From the NCBI GenBank assembly GCA_037189525.1, contig JBBCJC010000003.1, positions 224,001 through 288,000 on the forward strand: 64,000 nucleotides of DNA, given 5' to 3'. A program made the translations under genes and the position numbers. Below the pieces are notes generated by a model. It ran no database searches. It was not told the DNA's origin and worked only from the letters and a program-made list of their open reading frames with translations. Below, piece by piece: positions 1 through 11,092 of the stretch (position 1 is the first letter of the stretch; each line of letters opens with the position of its first letter). The DNA is from Gemmatimonadales bacterium. Its GTDB lineage: Bacteria; Gemmatimonadota; Gemmatimonadetes; Gemmatimonadales; GWC2-71-9.

Positions 1-888
1 CTCCAGCGCGGTGAGCCGGCGCGAGGCGGCGGCCGGCAAGGCCCAGCCTTCCATTTCGCGATACGAGGCCGACGGCAGGTAGGCAAGGCCACCGCTCGGC
101 ACCGTTGCCACCGCGTCGGCAAAGGTGGCCAGCCGGATGATGCCTTCACTGCTCAGCTGGCGAAGGGTCGCGGTGAAGTCGCGGATCCAGCCGCTCCGGT
201 AGACCCACTCCAGTGTGCCAGGCCAGCCGCCGAACTTCTCGCCGTCGTCGGCCAGGATCGCCATCGGCGCGCCTTCGCGGTGCAGCCGGCGGAAATAGTC
301 TGCAAGCTCCGCAGGAGGACGGAAGGGTACCAGATAGCGGAGCCGCTCGTCGATCGGCAGCACGGTGATCGCATGTCCCCCGCTCTCGGTCCGGTAGGGG
401 CGATGCAATGCGGCGCGGTCGAAGCCGGCGACCAGGAAGTGGCGATCGTCGACCAGGACATACTCGACCCCGGCCCGATGGAGATCCTCGGGGAGGTCGG
501 GCTCCCAGACCCGTTCGGTCAGCCAGAGGCCCGTGGCGCGAACCCCGAAGCGGCGCTGGATCGTCTCGCGCAGGCGGGAGATCTGCTCGATCCGATCCTC
601 GCGCGGCAGGACCGCCAGAATGGGCTCGTCATATCCGGCCAGCAGCAGTTCGATGTGTCCGGCCGAGACTTCGCGGCCGAGCCGATCGAGATAGGCCGGA
701 GCATGGCGGGTCAACCAGTCGAGCAGGGGGCCCGAGAGATGGAGCGATACGGGCCAGGCCTGCCCCTCGCCGAGCGCATCGAGCAGCGGAGCGTAGACAT
801 CCTGCAGGTGCTGCTCGAAGACCGAATCGAAGTTGCCGACCGGCTGATGCAGGTGCAGACCGAAGGTAAACAGGACGGGCGGGGTCAT
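1..888 (-). CDS. GH57 alpha-amylase/4-alpha-glucanotransferase, 3' part runs off window edge
   Basis: Not in the ORF track; translated by hand from ATG at 888 (ATGA overlap with upstream stop): MTPPVLFTFGLHLHQPVGNF...GLWLTERVWEP...ADDGEKFGGWPGT...YLPSASYREMEGW, typical GH57 motifs. Confidence 0.88.
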   Translation of the reverse strand, partial: MTPPVLFTFGLHLHQPVGNFDSVFEQHLQDVYAPLLDALGEGQAWPVSLHLSGPLLDWLTRHAPAYLDRLGREVSAGHIELLLAGYDEPILAVLPREDRIEQISRLRETIQRRFGVRATGLWLTERVWEPDLPEDLHRAGVEYVLVDDRHFLVAGFDRAALHRPYRTESGGHAITVLPIDERLRYLVPFRPPAELADYFRRLHREGAPMAILADDGEKFGGWPGTLEWVYRSGWIRDFTATLRQLSSEGIIRLATFADAVATVPSGGLAYLPSASYREMEGWALPAAASRRLTALE

Positions 889-2879
889 CGGTCCTCGCGG
901 TCGAATGCGTCGCGTGAAAAGCCGAGCCGTGTGGTCAGGCCGGTCAGGAGCGCGGGCGGATGGGGTCCGGCCGCTTCCATCAGCCGGAAGAAACGCGTCT
1001 GCGCTTCGAACGGCACCGTGAGCTCCTCCAACGCCAGCAGGTCCAGGCTCCGGACCAGCTTGGCGATGGCGTCGGCCGAAACCTGATCGACGGATTCCGG
1101 GATCAGCCGGGTAATGGCGCTGCGCAGCGCGTCGGGATACGTGACGGACCCATGGGCCAGCCGGACCAGATCTTCCGCGCTCATGACTTCGCGCAGGACC
1201 TCGCGGCGGAGGACCTCGCGCGCCAGGTCGTGCTCCCGCTCCGGCAGTGCCTCCAGGCCGAGCGTGGTCTGATGTCCCTGGGCGTCGGTAAGATCGACTT
1301 CGAGCCGGAAGCCGGGAGCCCGATGCACCTGTGCAGCAAAGCTGCTGCTGTGCCCGGTGCGCCGATGCTGGACCTGTACCATGTTCTGCCCCGAGGGCCC
1401 AGCCAGGAATGCGCCGATGACGTGGCGGGTGTGACCGGGGCAGAGCCCTGACATTGCCGCGAAGCCGGCGGCGACGCGCTGCTCGGCCGGCCAGCGGGGT
1501 CGTACGCTCCGCCGGTAGATGTCGGCGCCGGTGCCGACGGCCGGGTCGTTGCTTTCCGCCGCCGCCAGTCGCTCGAGAAAACCGCGTTCGAGATCCGCAC
1601 CAACCGGACCGGCGAGGTCCAGGGCGCGGGCAGCATAGCGCAGGATCTGAATCGTCTCGATACCGGCAATGTCGTCGAAGAACCATCCGCACGAGGTAAA
1701 GCTGCGGAGGGCGTTGCGCTCCAGTTCGATCAGTTCACGCGCTCGTTCGGGAAGGTCACTCGGCGCGCCGACGATTCCGTAAGTGGTGCGGGCGGCCCAG
1801 GGGTCCTCGAAATATGCTGCGGCTTCCGCGCCGTAAATGGCGTGCAATTCGTCGGTCAGCCAGACGATCGCGTCGCGAAGCGGGGCGCGCCAGGCCTGCG
1901 AGGTTCCCGCGGTCATCCGGCAGCCGCAATCGGATCGCCAGCGTTCGACCCCGTGGGCGCAGCTCCACGATGTCGGAGCAACGATCGCCACCTCGTGCAC
2001 CGGGGAATGCCGCGCCAGGAAGCTGGTGAAGTTCTCGACCCGGACATCGCGGCGGACCCGGAGCGAGTCGAGTACGGCGGCCAGCGCCATGTCGCCGAAT
2101 TTGTGATGGTGGCCGTATGTCTCGCCGTCGGTGGCTACGCTCTCGAGCAGGGGGCCCGTGGCCGGCAGGTCGGGTTCGAGCAGGCGGCGGAGCCAGAGGT
2201 CGGCACTGCGTACCAAGGGACCGAACGCCACGTCGTGACTCATCCCGCCGTCGTAGGGAATAATGGCGATCGATCGGCCGCGCCCGGTGCGATATCGTCC
2301 CGGCAGGCCCGCGGGCGGCAGCTTGGCAAGCTGGTGCGGCGCGAGGATAGTGAACTGAATCCCCTCCATCGCCAGGACGTCCAGCGTCTCGTCGTCCACG
2401 GCCGTTTCCGGCAGCCACATCCCGACCGGCTCGCGCCCGAACCGGCGGCGGAAATCGGCAATGCCCCAGCGCACCTCGGTCACCTTGTCGTGATACGAAG
2501 CGAGCGGAAGGATGGTATGGTGGTACGGCATTGCGATCGCATTGCCGGCGCCGAGTCTGGCCACGCTGGCGCGATCGGCGGCCAGGATGCCGCGGTACGT
2601 AGCCGGCGACTCCTTTTCCATCCATTCGAGCAGCGTAGGCCCGACGTTGAAGCTGATCCACTCGAGCGTGTTGACGATGCTCCGGATACTGCCGTCGTTC
2701 GCGACGACGCGCGCAGCAAGCACTGCCCGGTAGCATTCGTGGTCGACCCGCTGGTTCCAGTCGTGAAAGGGAGCGGCGCTGACTTCGCGTTCCACCAGGT
2801 CGATCCACGGCTCCTCCCGTGGCGGCTGGTAGAAGTGGCCGTGGATGACGACGCTGCGCCGTCCCGTGCCTGCCGTCAT
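885..2879 (-). CDS. GH57 family glycoside hydrolase (DUF3536-type)
   Basis: IHGHFYQPPRE, GMWLPETAVD, ATDGETYGHH, WSCAHGVERWRSDCGC, FTSCGWFFDD. Confidence 0.88.
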   Translation of the reverse strand: MTAGTGRRSVVIHGHFYQPPREEPWIDLVEREVSAAPFHDWNQRVDHECYRAVLAARVVANDGSIRSIVNTLEWISFNVGPTLLEWMEKESPATYRGILAADRASVARLGAGNAIAMPYHHTILPLASYHDKVTEVRWGIADFRRRFGREPVGMWLPETAVDDETLDVLAMEGIQFTILAPHQLAKLPPAGLPGRYRTGRGRSIAIIPYDGGMSHDVAFGPLVRSADLWLRRLLEPDLPATGPLLESVATDGETYGHHHKFGDMALAAVLDSLRVRRDVRVENFTSFLARHSPVHEVAIVAPTSWSCAHGVERWRSDCGCRMTAGTSQAWRAPLRDAIVWLTDELHAIYGAEAAAYFEDPWAARTTYGIVGAPSDLPERARELIELERNALRSFTSCGWFFDDIAGIETIQILRYAARALDLAGPVGADLERGFLERLAAAESNDPAVGTGADIYRRSVRPRWPAEQRVAAGFAAMSGLCPGHTRHVIGAFLAGPSGQNMVQVQHRRTGHSSSFAAQVHRAPGFRLEVDLTDAQGHQTTLGLEALPEREHDLAREVLRREVLREVMSAEDLVRLAHGSVTYPDALRSAITRLIPESVDQVSADAIAKLVRSLDLLALEELTVPFEAQTRFFRLMEAAGPHPPALLTGLTTRLGFSRDAFDREDR

Positions 2880-4558
2880 GCGATCAGGGGTCCTTTGACG
2901 GCCAGTGCGGACCGCAGGGCGGGGATGATGACGGGAAAGAGATCGTTTTGAGCCCGCATGTCCGCAGCAACCGATATCGCCTGGTCCGGCAACGTCGGCG
3001 CCTCGAGCATGCCGAGCAGCCGATCCAGATTGTCGAGATGCTCGGTAAACCGGCGGGACGCGTAGTCACCCGCGGTGGCCGACGAGATGATGAACTGCCA
3101 GTCGGAGGACTGGGCCAGCAGCAGCTCCCGTGCCGCCTGCTCGAGTACCGGATGCGTCTCAGACCGATCGATGGCGCGCGCCGCAACAGACCAGAACCGT
3201 TCCTCGGCCGGCCAGAGCCGCCGCCAGGTCCACTCGGTTTCCGGATTGAGCCATTTGCTGAAATCGCCGTTGGCGCCCCACGACCCTTCGGCTAGATGCA
3301 CCGCGGCCGAAGGTGGCGTGTCGGTCAGATGGGTGGTGGCCGTGGCGGGGCGCGGTGCGCTAGTCCGGCTCAGCGCGCGATACAAGTCCAGGAGAAAATC
3401 GACGCCTTCGAACCACCAGTGACCGAACAGTTCGGTGTCGAACGGGGCCACGATCAGTTCGCCGCCGTGTCCGGCTTCCTCGGCCGCTACGCTCTGCAGC
3501 ACCGCCGCGTAGTCCTCGGCGTGCTGGCGAACCCGGGCGCGCGCGCCGTTGGGATCGTAGGACTGCTTGCCGCCCAGGTCGACGTCGGCCCCCGTCACCC
3601 GCCAGAGCTTGAGGCCGCCGGGAAAGCGAATCTTGTGAAATTCGAGATAGGCGCCGTCGCCCGGGTAGCCCTGATGCCGGCTCCACACCCGCCGCGACGA
3701 TACCGGGTCGCGCACCAGCGTAGCAACCGTCGGCTGGCCTCGGCGCGGGGAGACCTGGTAGGCGCGATAGGGCGACCGGGCGGCGGGCAGGTCGAGCGGA
3801 TCGTCGGTCGGCTCGAGGCCGCCATCGGGGCGATTGCCGCTTCGGTAGAGGCCGAGGGTACGTCCCGCCTGCGCCAGGTGCGAATCGGTAAAGAAGTAAT
3901 GGTAGCCTGCGTCGGCCAGATATTCCTCGATACCGGGGCGATCGCGCTGGGCCGGGGCGTCGGGGTGCGGATGCCAGTCGCCGCGCGGGCGATAGGCGCA
4001 CTCGGGAGCCCAGCAGCCCTGGGCCGCCCGCCCGAACAGCCGGTGGTGCTCGGCCAGGCCGACAGCCAACTGCAGCCGGATGCTCTCGTCGCGCGCCAGC
4101 AGCGGCAGGAACCCGTGGGTCGCGGCCGAACTCATGATCTCGATCCTGCCCGCCTCCTGATGCCGCTTGAGCGCGCCGACGATGTCGCGATCGATCCGCG
4201 CGAAGAGCCGCTCGAGCCGGGCCAACCGCCCGCGCCAGAACTCCGCGATCGGGGTCAGCTGCTTTTCGCCGCTCACCGCAAACTCGGCGATGGCTTCGTC
4301 GCAGGCGGCCAGCCGCTGGGCCAGGAAGGCGTCGAGCTCCGCGCCGAAGGTCGGATTCGCCAGCTGCGCACCGAGGACCGGAGTGACCCCGACCGTGAGC
4401 GGAATCCGAACGTCCTGCTCCTCCAGGATGCCGAGCGTCTCGAGCAGCGGCAGGTAGGTATCGACCGCAGCCTCGACGATCCAGTCCGATCCGTGCGGCC
4501 ATCGGCCGTGATTGAGGACGTACGGCAGATGGCTGTGCAGAGCCAGAATCAGATCCAT
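2876..4558 (-). CDS. GH57 1,4-alpha-glucan branching enzyme (DUF1957-type)
   Basis: LHSHLPYV, THGFLPLL, GCWAPECAY, APFDTELFGHWWFEG, LLAQSSDWQF; start taken at MDLIL. Confidence 0.9.
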   Translation of the reverse strand: MDLILALHSHLPYVLNHGRWPHGSDWIVEAAVDTYLPLLETLGILEEQDVRIPLTVGVTPVLGAQLANPTFGAELDAFLAQRLAACDEAIAEFAVSGEKQLTPIAEFWRGRLARLERLFARIDRDIVGALKRHQEAGRIEIMSSAATHGFLPLLARDESIRLQLAVGLAEHHRLFGRAAQGCWAPECAYRPRGDWHPHPDAPAQRDRPGIEEYLADAGYHYFFTDSHLAQAGRTLGLYRSGNRPDGGLEPTDDPLDLPAARSPYRAYQVSPRRGQPTVATLVRDPVSSRRVWSRHQGYPGDGAYLEFHKIRFPGGLKLWRVTGADVDLGGKQSYDPNGARARVRQHAEDYAAVLQSVAAEEAGHGGELIVAPFDTELFGHWWFEGVDFLLDLYRALSRTSAPRPATATTHLTDTPPSAAVHLAEGSWGANGDFSKWLNPETEWTWRRLWPAEERFWSVAARAIDRSETHPVLEQAARELLLAQSSDWQFIISSATAGDYASRRFTEHLDNLDRLLGMLEAPTLPDQAISVAADMRAQNDLFPVIIPALRSALAVKGPLIA

Positions 4559-4568
4559 GGCGCCGCCG

Positions 4569-6068
4569 TCATCGAAGCACCGTCTGATAGATGTCGAGAT
4601 ACTCGCCGACCGATCGTTCCCAGCTGAAGTCGGTGGCCATGGCAAACGTCATGAGCCGGCGCCATTCGACCGGATTGTGATACGTGTCGATGCCGCGGAG
4701 CGTCGCACCGACCAGGGACGACGCCTCGTAGGGGTCGAACACGAACCCGGTTACGCCATCCTCCACCGTATCGACCAGACCGCCCACTCGCCGCACGATC
4801 GGCGCGACGCCGTAGCGCTGCGCACGCATCTGGGTCAGCCCGCACGGTTCGTATTGGCAGGGCATCAGCAGGAAGTCCGAGCCGGCCATGACCTGGTGCT
4901 CGAGTTCGTCGGTAAAGTGCGTATCGACGGCGACCCGGCTCGGCATCATGCCGGCAATCCGCTTGAGGGCCGCCTCGAAGCGCGCCTCCCCGGCGCCGAT
5001 GAAGACGAATTGCGCCTCCACCTGAAAGAGATCGAAGCTGGCGATGACCAGTTCGAGACCCTTCTGTGTCACCAGGCGCGCAGCCATGCCGATGACTGGA
5101 GTGCGCGGCTCCGGGGCCAGGCCGAAGCGATCCTGCAGGGCGCGTTTGCAGAGAGCCTTGCCGGACAGGTCGTCCGCGGAAAACTGCGCTGCGATCTGGG
5201 GGTCCCGGCTCGGGTCCCACTCCTCGGGATCGATGCCGTTGAGGATGCCGCTGAAACGCTTGCCCAGCGACGCAAAGACCTCTTGCAAGCCGAAACCGCC
5301 CGCGGACGTCCGCAATTCCGTCGCGTGGTTGGGGCTGACCGTGATGACGGCGTCCGCAAAGGTGAGTCCCGCCTTGAGCAGGTTGACCTTGCCATACCAC
5401 TCGACCTGGCGCCAGTTGAACATCTCCCAGGGCAGGCCGATCTCGTCCATCGCCGAGGGCGGATAGTGACCCTGATAGCCGGCGTTGTGAACCGATAGCA
5501 CGGTTGCTGCGCGACCGAGTTCGCCGTCGTCGGCATGGAAGACGCGCAGGTAGGCGAGCGCCAGGGCCGCGTGCCAGTCGTGCGCATGCAGCAGGACCGG
5601 GCCGGTCGTGATTCGGGGAATCGCGAGCACGCTCGCGCGCGCAAACAGGGAGAACCGCTTCGCGTTGTCGGAGTAGTCTCCATTGCGATCGCCGTAGAGC
5701 TGCGGCCGATCGAAATAGGGATCGTACTCGATGAAATAGATGGTGGCTCCGGGCTCCGGCGTCACCTGGGTCATCAGACGAACCGTCTCGCGACGTTCGC
5801 CGATGACGACTTCGATCGGCTCGCCGACCTGGGTCAATGGACCCGCTTTGTCCCGCGCGCTTCGATAGAGCGGCAGGATGGCCATCGACCGAACGCCACT
5901 TTTCGCCTGCCACTTCGCCAGGTTGGCCACCGCTTCGGCCAGTCCTCCGGACCGAGCGAACGGATAGTACTCCGCCGCGACGTGCACGACCGTGACCGCC
6001 TCGCCGCTCGAATGCTGGAGCGCTGAGGCCGAAAAACGGCGGCGGGATACCCGGCGGCGATCGCGCAT
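4569..6068 (-). CDS. glgA: glycogen synthase (GT5)
   Basis: EYYPFARSGGLAE, HAHDWH, SVHNAGYQG, ILNGID, YEPCGLTQM, VGGLVDTV; start approximate. Confidence 0.93.
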   Translation of the reverse strand: MRDRRRVSRRRFSASALQHSSGEAVTVVHVAAEYYPFARSGGLAEAVANLAKWQAKSGVRSMAILPLYRSARDKAGPLTQVGEPIEVVIGERRETVRLMTQVTPEPGATIYFIEYDPYFDRPQLYGDRNGDYSDNAKRFSLFARASVLAIPRITTGPVLLHAHDWHAALALAYLRVFHADDGELGRAATVLSVHNAGYQGHYPPSAMDEIGLPWEMFNWRQVEWYGKVNLLKAGLTFADAVITVSPNHATELRTSAGGFGLQEVFASLGKRFSGILNGIDPEEWDPSRDPQIAAQFSADDLSGKALCKRALQDRFGLAPEPRTPVIGMAARLVTQKGLELVIASFDLFQVEAQFVFIGAGEARFEAALKRIAGMMPSRVAVDTHFTDELEHQVMAGSDFLLMPCQYEPCGLTQMRAQRYGVAPIVRRVGGLVDTVEDGVTGFVFDPYEASSLVGATLRGIDTYHNPVEWRRLMTFAMATDFSWERSVGEYLDIYQTVLR

Positions 6069-6073
6069 TGGAA

Positions 6074-8236
6074 TCAGCCGGTTGGAGGGTCGTCGGCCGC
6101 GGCGTCGGCTCGCATCGCGCGAACGTAGTAGCGGTCGCTGTAGTCCTGGACCATGCGCCGAGCGCTGAACTGTGCCATGGCGACCCGAAGCGCGTTGCGC
6201 ATCTTGTCGACCCAGGCGTACGGAACGCCGGCGGCATCCCGATCGTAATAGAGCGGGATCAGTTCCTCTTCCAGCAGCCGATAGAAATGCTCGGCGTCGG
6301 ACGCGTCGGCAATCTCCGGGTCGTCGTCCGGCGGGTAGGGAATGGCCCAGCCGTTGGTGCCGTCGTAGCCCTCTTCCCACCAACCGTCGATCGTGCCCAG
6401 CTGGGGGACGCCGTTGAATGCCGCCTTCATCCCGCTCGTGCCGCAGGCCTCCAGCGGAACGCGCGGAAGGTTGAGCCAGACGTCGACACCCTGGACCAGC
6501 GTGCCCGCCAGGCTCATGTCATAGTCTTCCAGGAACGCGACCCGCCCCTCGTAGAACTTGTCGTGGGTCGTCTCGTAGACCTGTTGCAGGACCTTCTTGC
6601 CCGGATTGTCCGCCGGGTGCGCTTTGCCGGCAAAGATGATCTGAACCGGCCGGCGCTTGTCGCACAGCAAGCGATGCAGCCGCTCCGGGTCTTTGAAGAT
6701 CAGCGCGGCGCGCTTGTAGGTGGCAAAGCGGCGTGCAAACCCGATCGTGAGTGCGTACGGATGGAGCAGGGTGCCGGCCGCGACCACTTGATTGGCCGCT
6801 TCCCAATGCGCCGCAAAGCGTTTCCGCGCGTCCTCGCGGATCGACCCCATCATGATGCCTTTGAGCTCCTGATGGGTGGCCCAGAGTGCCGCGGGATCCA
6901 GGTAGCGAATCTGCTCCCAGAGTGACGGATCGTCCAGACGGAGGCCCCAATCCTGGCCCAGTTCGCGGTCGAGCAGCGCCATGACCGGGTTGGCCATCCA
7001 GGTGGCCAGATGGACGCCGTTGGTAATGGCGCCGATCGGCACGTCGTCCTGGGGCCTCCCGGGCCAGAGCGAGTGCCAGATTTCGCGGGTGACCTGCCCG
7101 TGGCGCTTGGATACGCCGTTGATGTGCGACGCTGCCCGGATGGCCAGCACCGTCATCTGAAACCGGGGCTCGTGGACCGGATCGTGGATGCCCAGGCCGA
7201 AGAGGGTATCGCGATCGACGCCCATCTCCTCCCATATCGGCCCGGTGCATTCGGCCAGGTGATCGAGGTCGAAGGCGTCGTGCCCGGCGGGGACGGGAGT
7301 GTGCGTCGTGAAGACCGACGCCGCGCGCACCTGGCGGACCGCGTCGTCGAACGAGGTGCCAGCCACGCACAGCTCGCGAATCCGCTCGAGCATCATGAAC
7401 GAAGCGTGCCCTTCGTTGGCATGCCAGGCGCCCGGGTCGATTCCCACGGCGCGGAGCACCCGCACTCCGCCCACGCCAAGCAGCCATTCCTGGCGGAGCC
7501 GCAGGTCCGGCCCGCCGGCGTACAGCTTGTTGAGCAGGGTGCGATCTTCCGGGTGGTTCTCGTCGAGGTTCGTGTCGAGCAGGTAGAGCGGCACCCGCCC
7601 GACCTTCATGGTCCACACCTGAATGTGGACCGGCCGACCGAAGGTATTGACCACCGCCAGATACGGCTCGCCGTTGCGGCCCGGGACCGGCAGCAGCGGG
7701 GTGGTGATCGGATCGACGTGCTCGTCGCTGTCCTCCTGCCAGCCATCGGCGCGGAGGCGCTGGTCGAAGTACCCCTTCATGTACGAGAGGCCGATTCCGA
7801 CGAACGGAACCCCCAGGTCGCTGGCCGTCTTGCAGTGGTCGCCGGCCAGGATGCCCAGGCCGCCACTGTAGATCGGGACCGAGCTGTGCAACCCGAATTC
7901 CGCACAGAAGTAGGCAACCGGCCTGTCGCCCAGACCGGGATATTTCCGGTTGAACCAGGTTCGTTCGCGGGTCTGGTCGTTGGCCAGCCAGCCCATCACC
8001 CGATCGTACCGGACCAGGAACTCGTTGTCCCGCGCCAGCGCCTCGAGCCGGGCCGGGGAGACCTCCCGCAGCATGGCAATCGGGTTATAGCGCGTCTCCC
8101 GCCAGAGGGGCGGGTCGATGGCACGCAAGAGCTCCCGCGCGTCGCGGTTCCAACTCCACGACAGGTTGGTCGCCAGGGCGGCAAGACCCTCCAACCGCGG
8201 CGGGAGGGCGGTAATTTTTTGTCGTAACAGCGACAT
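6074..8236 (-). CDS. glgP: alpha-glucan (glycogen) phosphorylase
   Basis: YFCAEFG, YSGGLGILAGDH, NEGH, FTTHTPVPAGHD, ARRFATYKR, EACGTSGMKA (PLP lysine). Confidence 0.95.
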   Translation of the reverse strand: MSLLRQKITALPPRLEGLAALATNLSWSWNRDARELLRAIDPPLWRETRYNPIAMLREVSPARLEALARDNEFLVRYDRVMGWLANDQTRERTWFNRKYPGLGDRPVAYFCAEFGLHSSVPIYSGGLGILAGDHCKTASDLGVPFVGIGLSYMKGYFDQRLRADGWQEDSDEHVDPITTPLLPVPGRNGEPYLAVVNTFGRPVHIQVWTMKVGRVPLYLLDTNLDENHPEDRTLLNKLYAGGPDLRLRQEWLLGVGGVRVLRAVGIDPGAWHANEGHASFMMLERIRELCVAGTSFDDAVRQVRAASVFTTHTPVPAGHDAFDLDHLAECTGPIWEEMGVDRDTLFGLGIHDPVHEPRFQMTVLAIRAASHINGVSKRHGQVTREIWHSLWPGRPQDDVPIGAITNGVHLATWMANPVMALLDRELGQDWGLRLDDPSLWEQIRYLDPAALWATHQELKGIMMGSIREDARKRFAAHWEAANQVVAAGTLLHPYALTIGFARRFATYKRAALIFKDPERLHRLLCDKRRPVQIIFAGKAHPADNPGKKVLQQVYETTHDKFYEGRVAFLEDYDMSLAGTLVQGVDVWLNLPRVPLEACGTSGMKAAFNGVPQLGTIDGWWEEGYDGTNGWAIPYPPDDDPEIADASDAEHFYRLLEEELIPLYYDRDAAGVPYAWVDKMRNALRVAMAQFSARRMVQDYSDRYYVRAMRADAAADDPPTG

Positions 8237-8315
8237 GCGTCCTCGTCGTGTCGGTCCCGGACCCCGCGTTCTGCGAAGGCCGTGCCGCGAGGCCGGGACG
8301 GTGACGGCTGCTCCG

Positions 8316-9995
<1,680 letters not shown>

Positions 9996-10087
9996 AAGCC
10001 CGGGAACATAGGGGCGGGCAGGGTATCCTGGGTAGGCCGGGCAGCCGGTACTGCCGAGCCGTTATCTTTCCGTGATTCCCCATGGCT

Positions 10088-10270
10088 GGTGCATTTCCGG
10101 CCTTCATGGGTCGTGAAATCGGGCTCCGGCCCCACCGGAAAGGTGGAGCGATTACATGCTGTCCTCGGTCACTGGACGTCGATCCGGCCGACCGATGTGG
10201 CTGAAGGGCCCGATGGCTCGTTCTATGTCAATGACGATCAGGATGGTAGGATCTGGCGCGTGGTACGGCA
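10088..10270 (+). pseudogene. decayed C-terminal fragment of a PQQ-dependent sugar/sorbosone dehydrogenase
   Basis: Three frames: GAFPAF (10088), frameshift, HGS*NRAP (10105; TGA where the family has W), then RPTDVAEGPDGSFYVNDDQDGRIWRVV (10185). Confidence 0.75.
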
Positions 10271-10311
10271 GGAGCCAGATTATCAGGATACCCGTGCTCG
10301 GGAGAGTAATT

Positions 10312-10890
10312 ATGGCGACGAAACTGGCAGCGACGGTACTGATGGGCCTCTTGGCCACCGCGGGCGTGCTGGAGGGACAGGCGGCTCCGGCCGGCGCCAC
10401 CCCCCTGGCCGTTGGAACGGCCGCGCCCGATTTCAACCTCGGCGGAGCCACCAAGGACGGTGTGCTGGGCGAACCGGTGCGCCTGTCGGCCCTCAAGGGG
10501 CAGACCGTGGTGCTCGCGTTCTTTCCGCGGGCGCGCACCCGCGGCTGCACCGCGCAGATGGAAGCCTATCGGGAACAGTATGCCACCCTGTTCAACGGCG
10601 GCAACGGGGTCCGGGTCTTTGCCGTGAGCGTCGATGCCGATACGATGCTCGCAAGCTGGGCACAGGAGCGCGAATATCCGGTCACCTTTCTGAGCGACGT
10701 GGGCGGCACGGTGAGTCGGGCCTATGGCGTCCTGCTCACGCGCGGCGATGCGATGTTCTCGCATCGGACCCTCTATGTCATCGACGGTAACGGCGTCATT
10801 GCCAACGTCATCTCGCCGTTTCGTGAAACCGATCCGACCGCCTACACCGAGCTGGCGGCGGCGGTGAAATCCGCGGCGCAGGGACGCTGA
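10312..10890 (+). CDS. exported peroxiredoxin (AhpC/TSA, BCP-like), single Cys
   Basis: Signal peptide, APDFNL, FFPRARTRGCT (PxxxTxxC), RTLYVIDGNG; GGAGAG SD upstream. Confidence 0.85.
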   Translation: MATKLAATVLMGLLATAGVLEGQAAPAGATPLAVGTAAPDFNLGGATKDGVLGEPVRLSALKGQTVVLAFFPRARTRGCTAQMEAYREQYATLFNGGNGVRVFAVSVDADTMLASWAQEREYPVTFLSDVGGTVSRAYGVLLTRGDAMFSHRTLYVIDGNGVIANVISPFRETDPTAYTELAAAVKSAAQGR

Positions 10891-11092
10891 TCACATCGGA
10901 GGTCCGGATCGCTTTCGCGTCGGGCGTAATGCGCACCTGGCGAAGCGCCGGACCTCGGGTTGCCCGTGATCCCGGCGTCCGATACATTGTCCGGGTCCCA
11001 CGTGATGGAGGTGCCTGCGTTCGTTCGTCTGCCGGAATGATGTGTGAGCGCATGGAAGGCCCGCTCGCCGTATCCCTCGTTCCGGAGCGATC

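Noticed and set aside
10546..10548. Possible selenocysteine recoding in the peroxiredoxin active site
   Set aside because: The codon is TGC (Cys) and the ORF is uninterrupted
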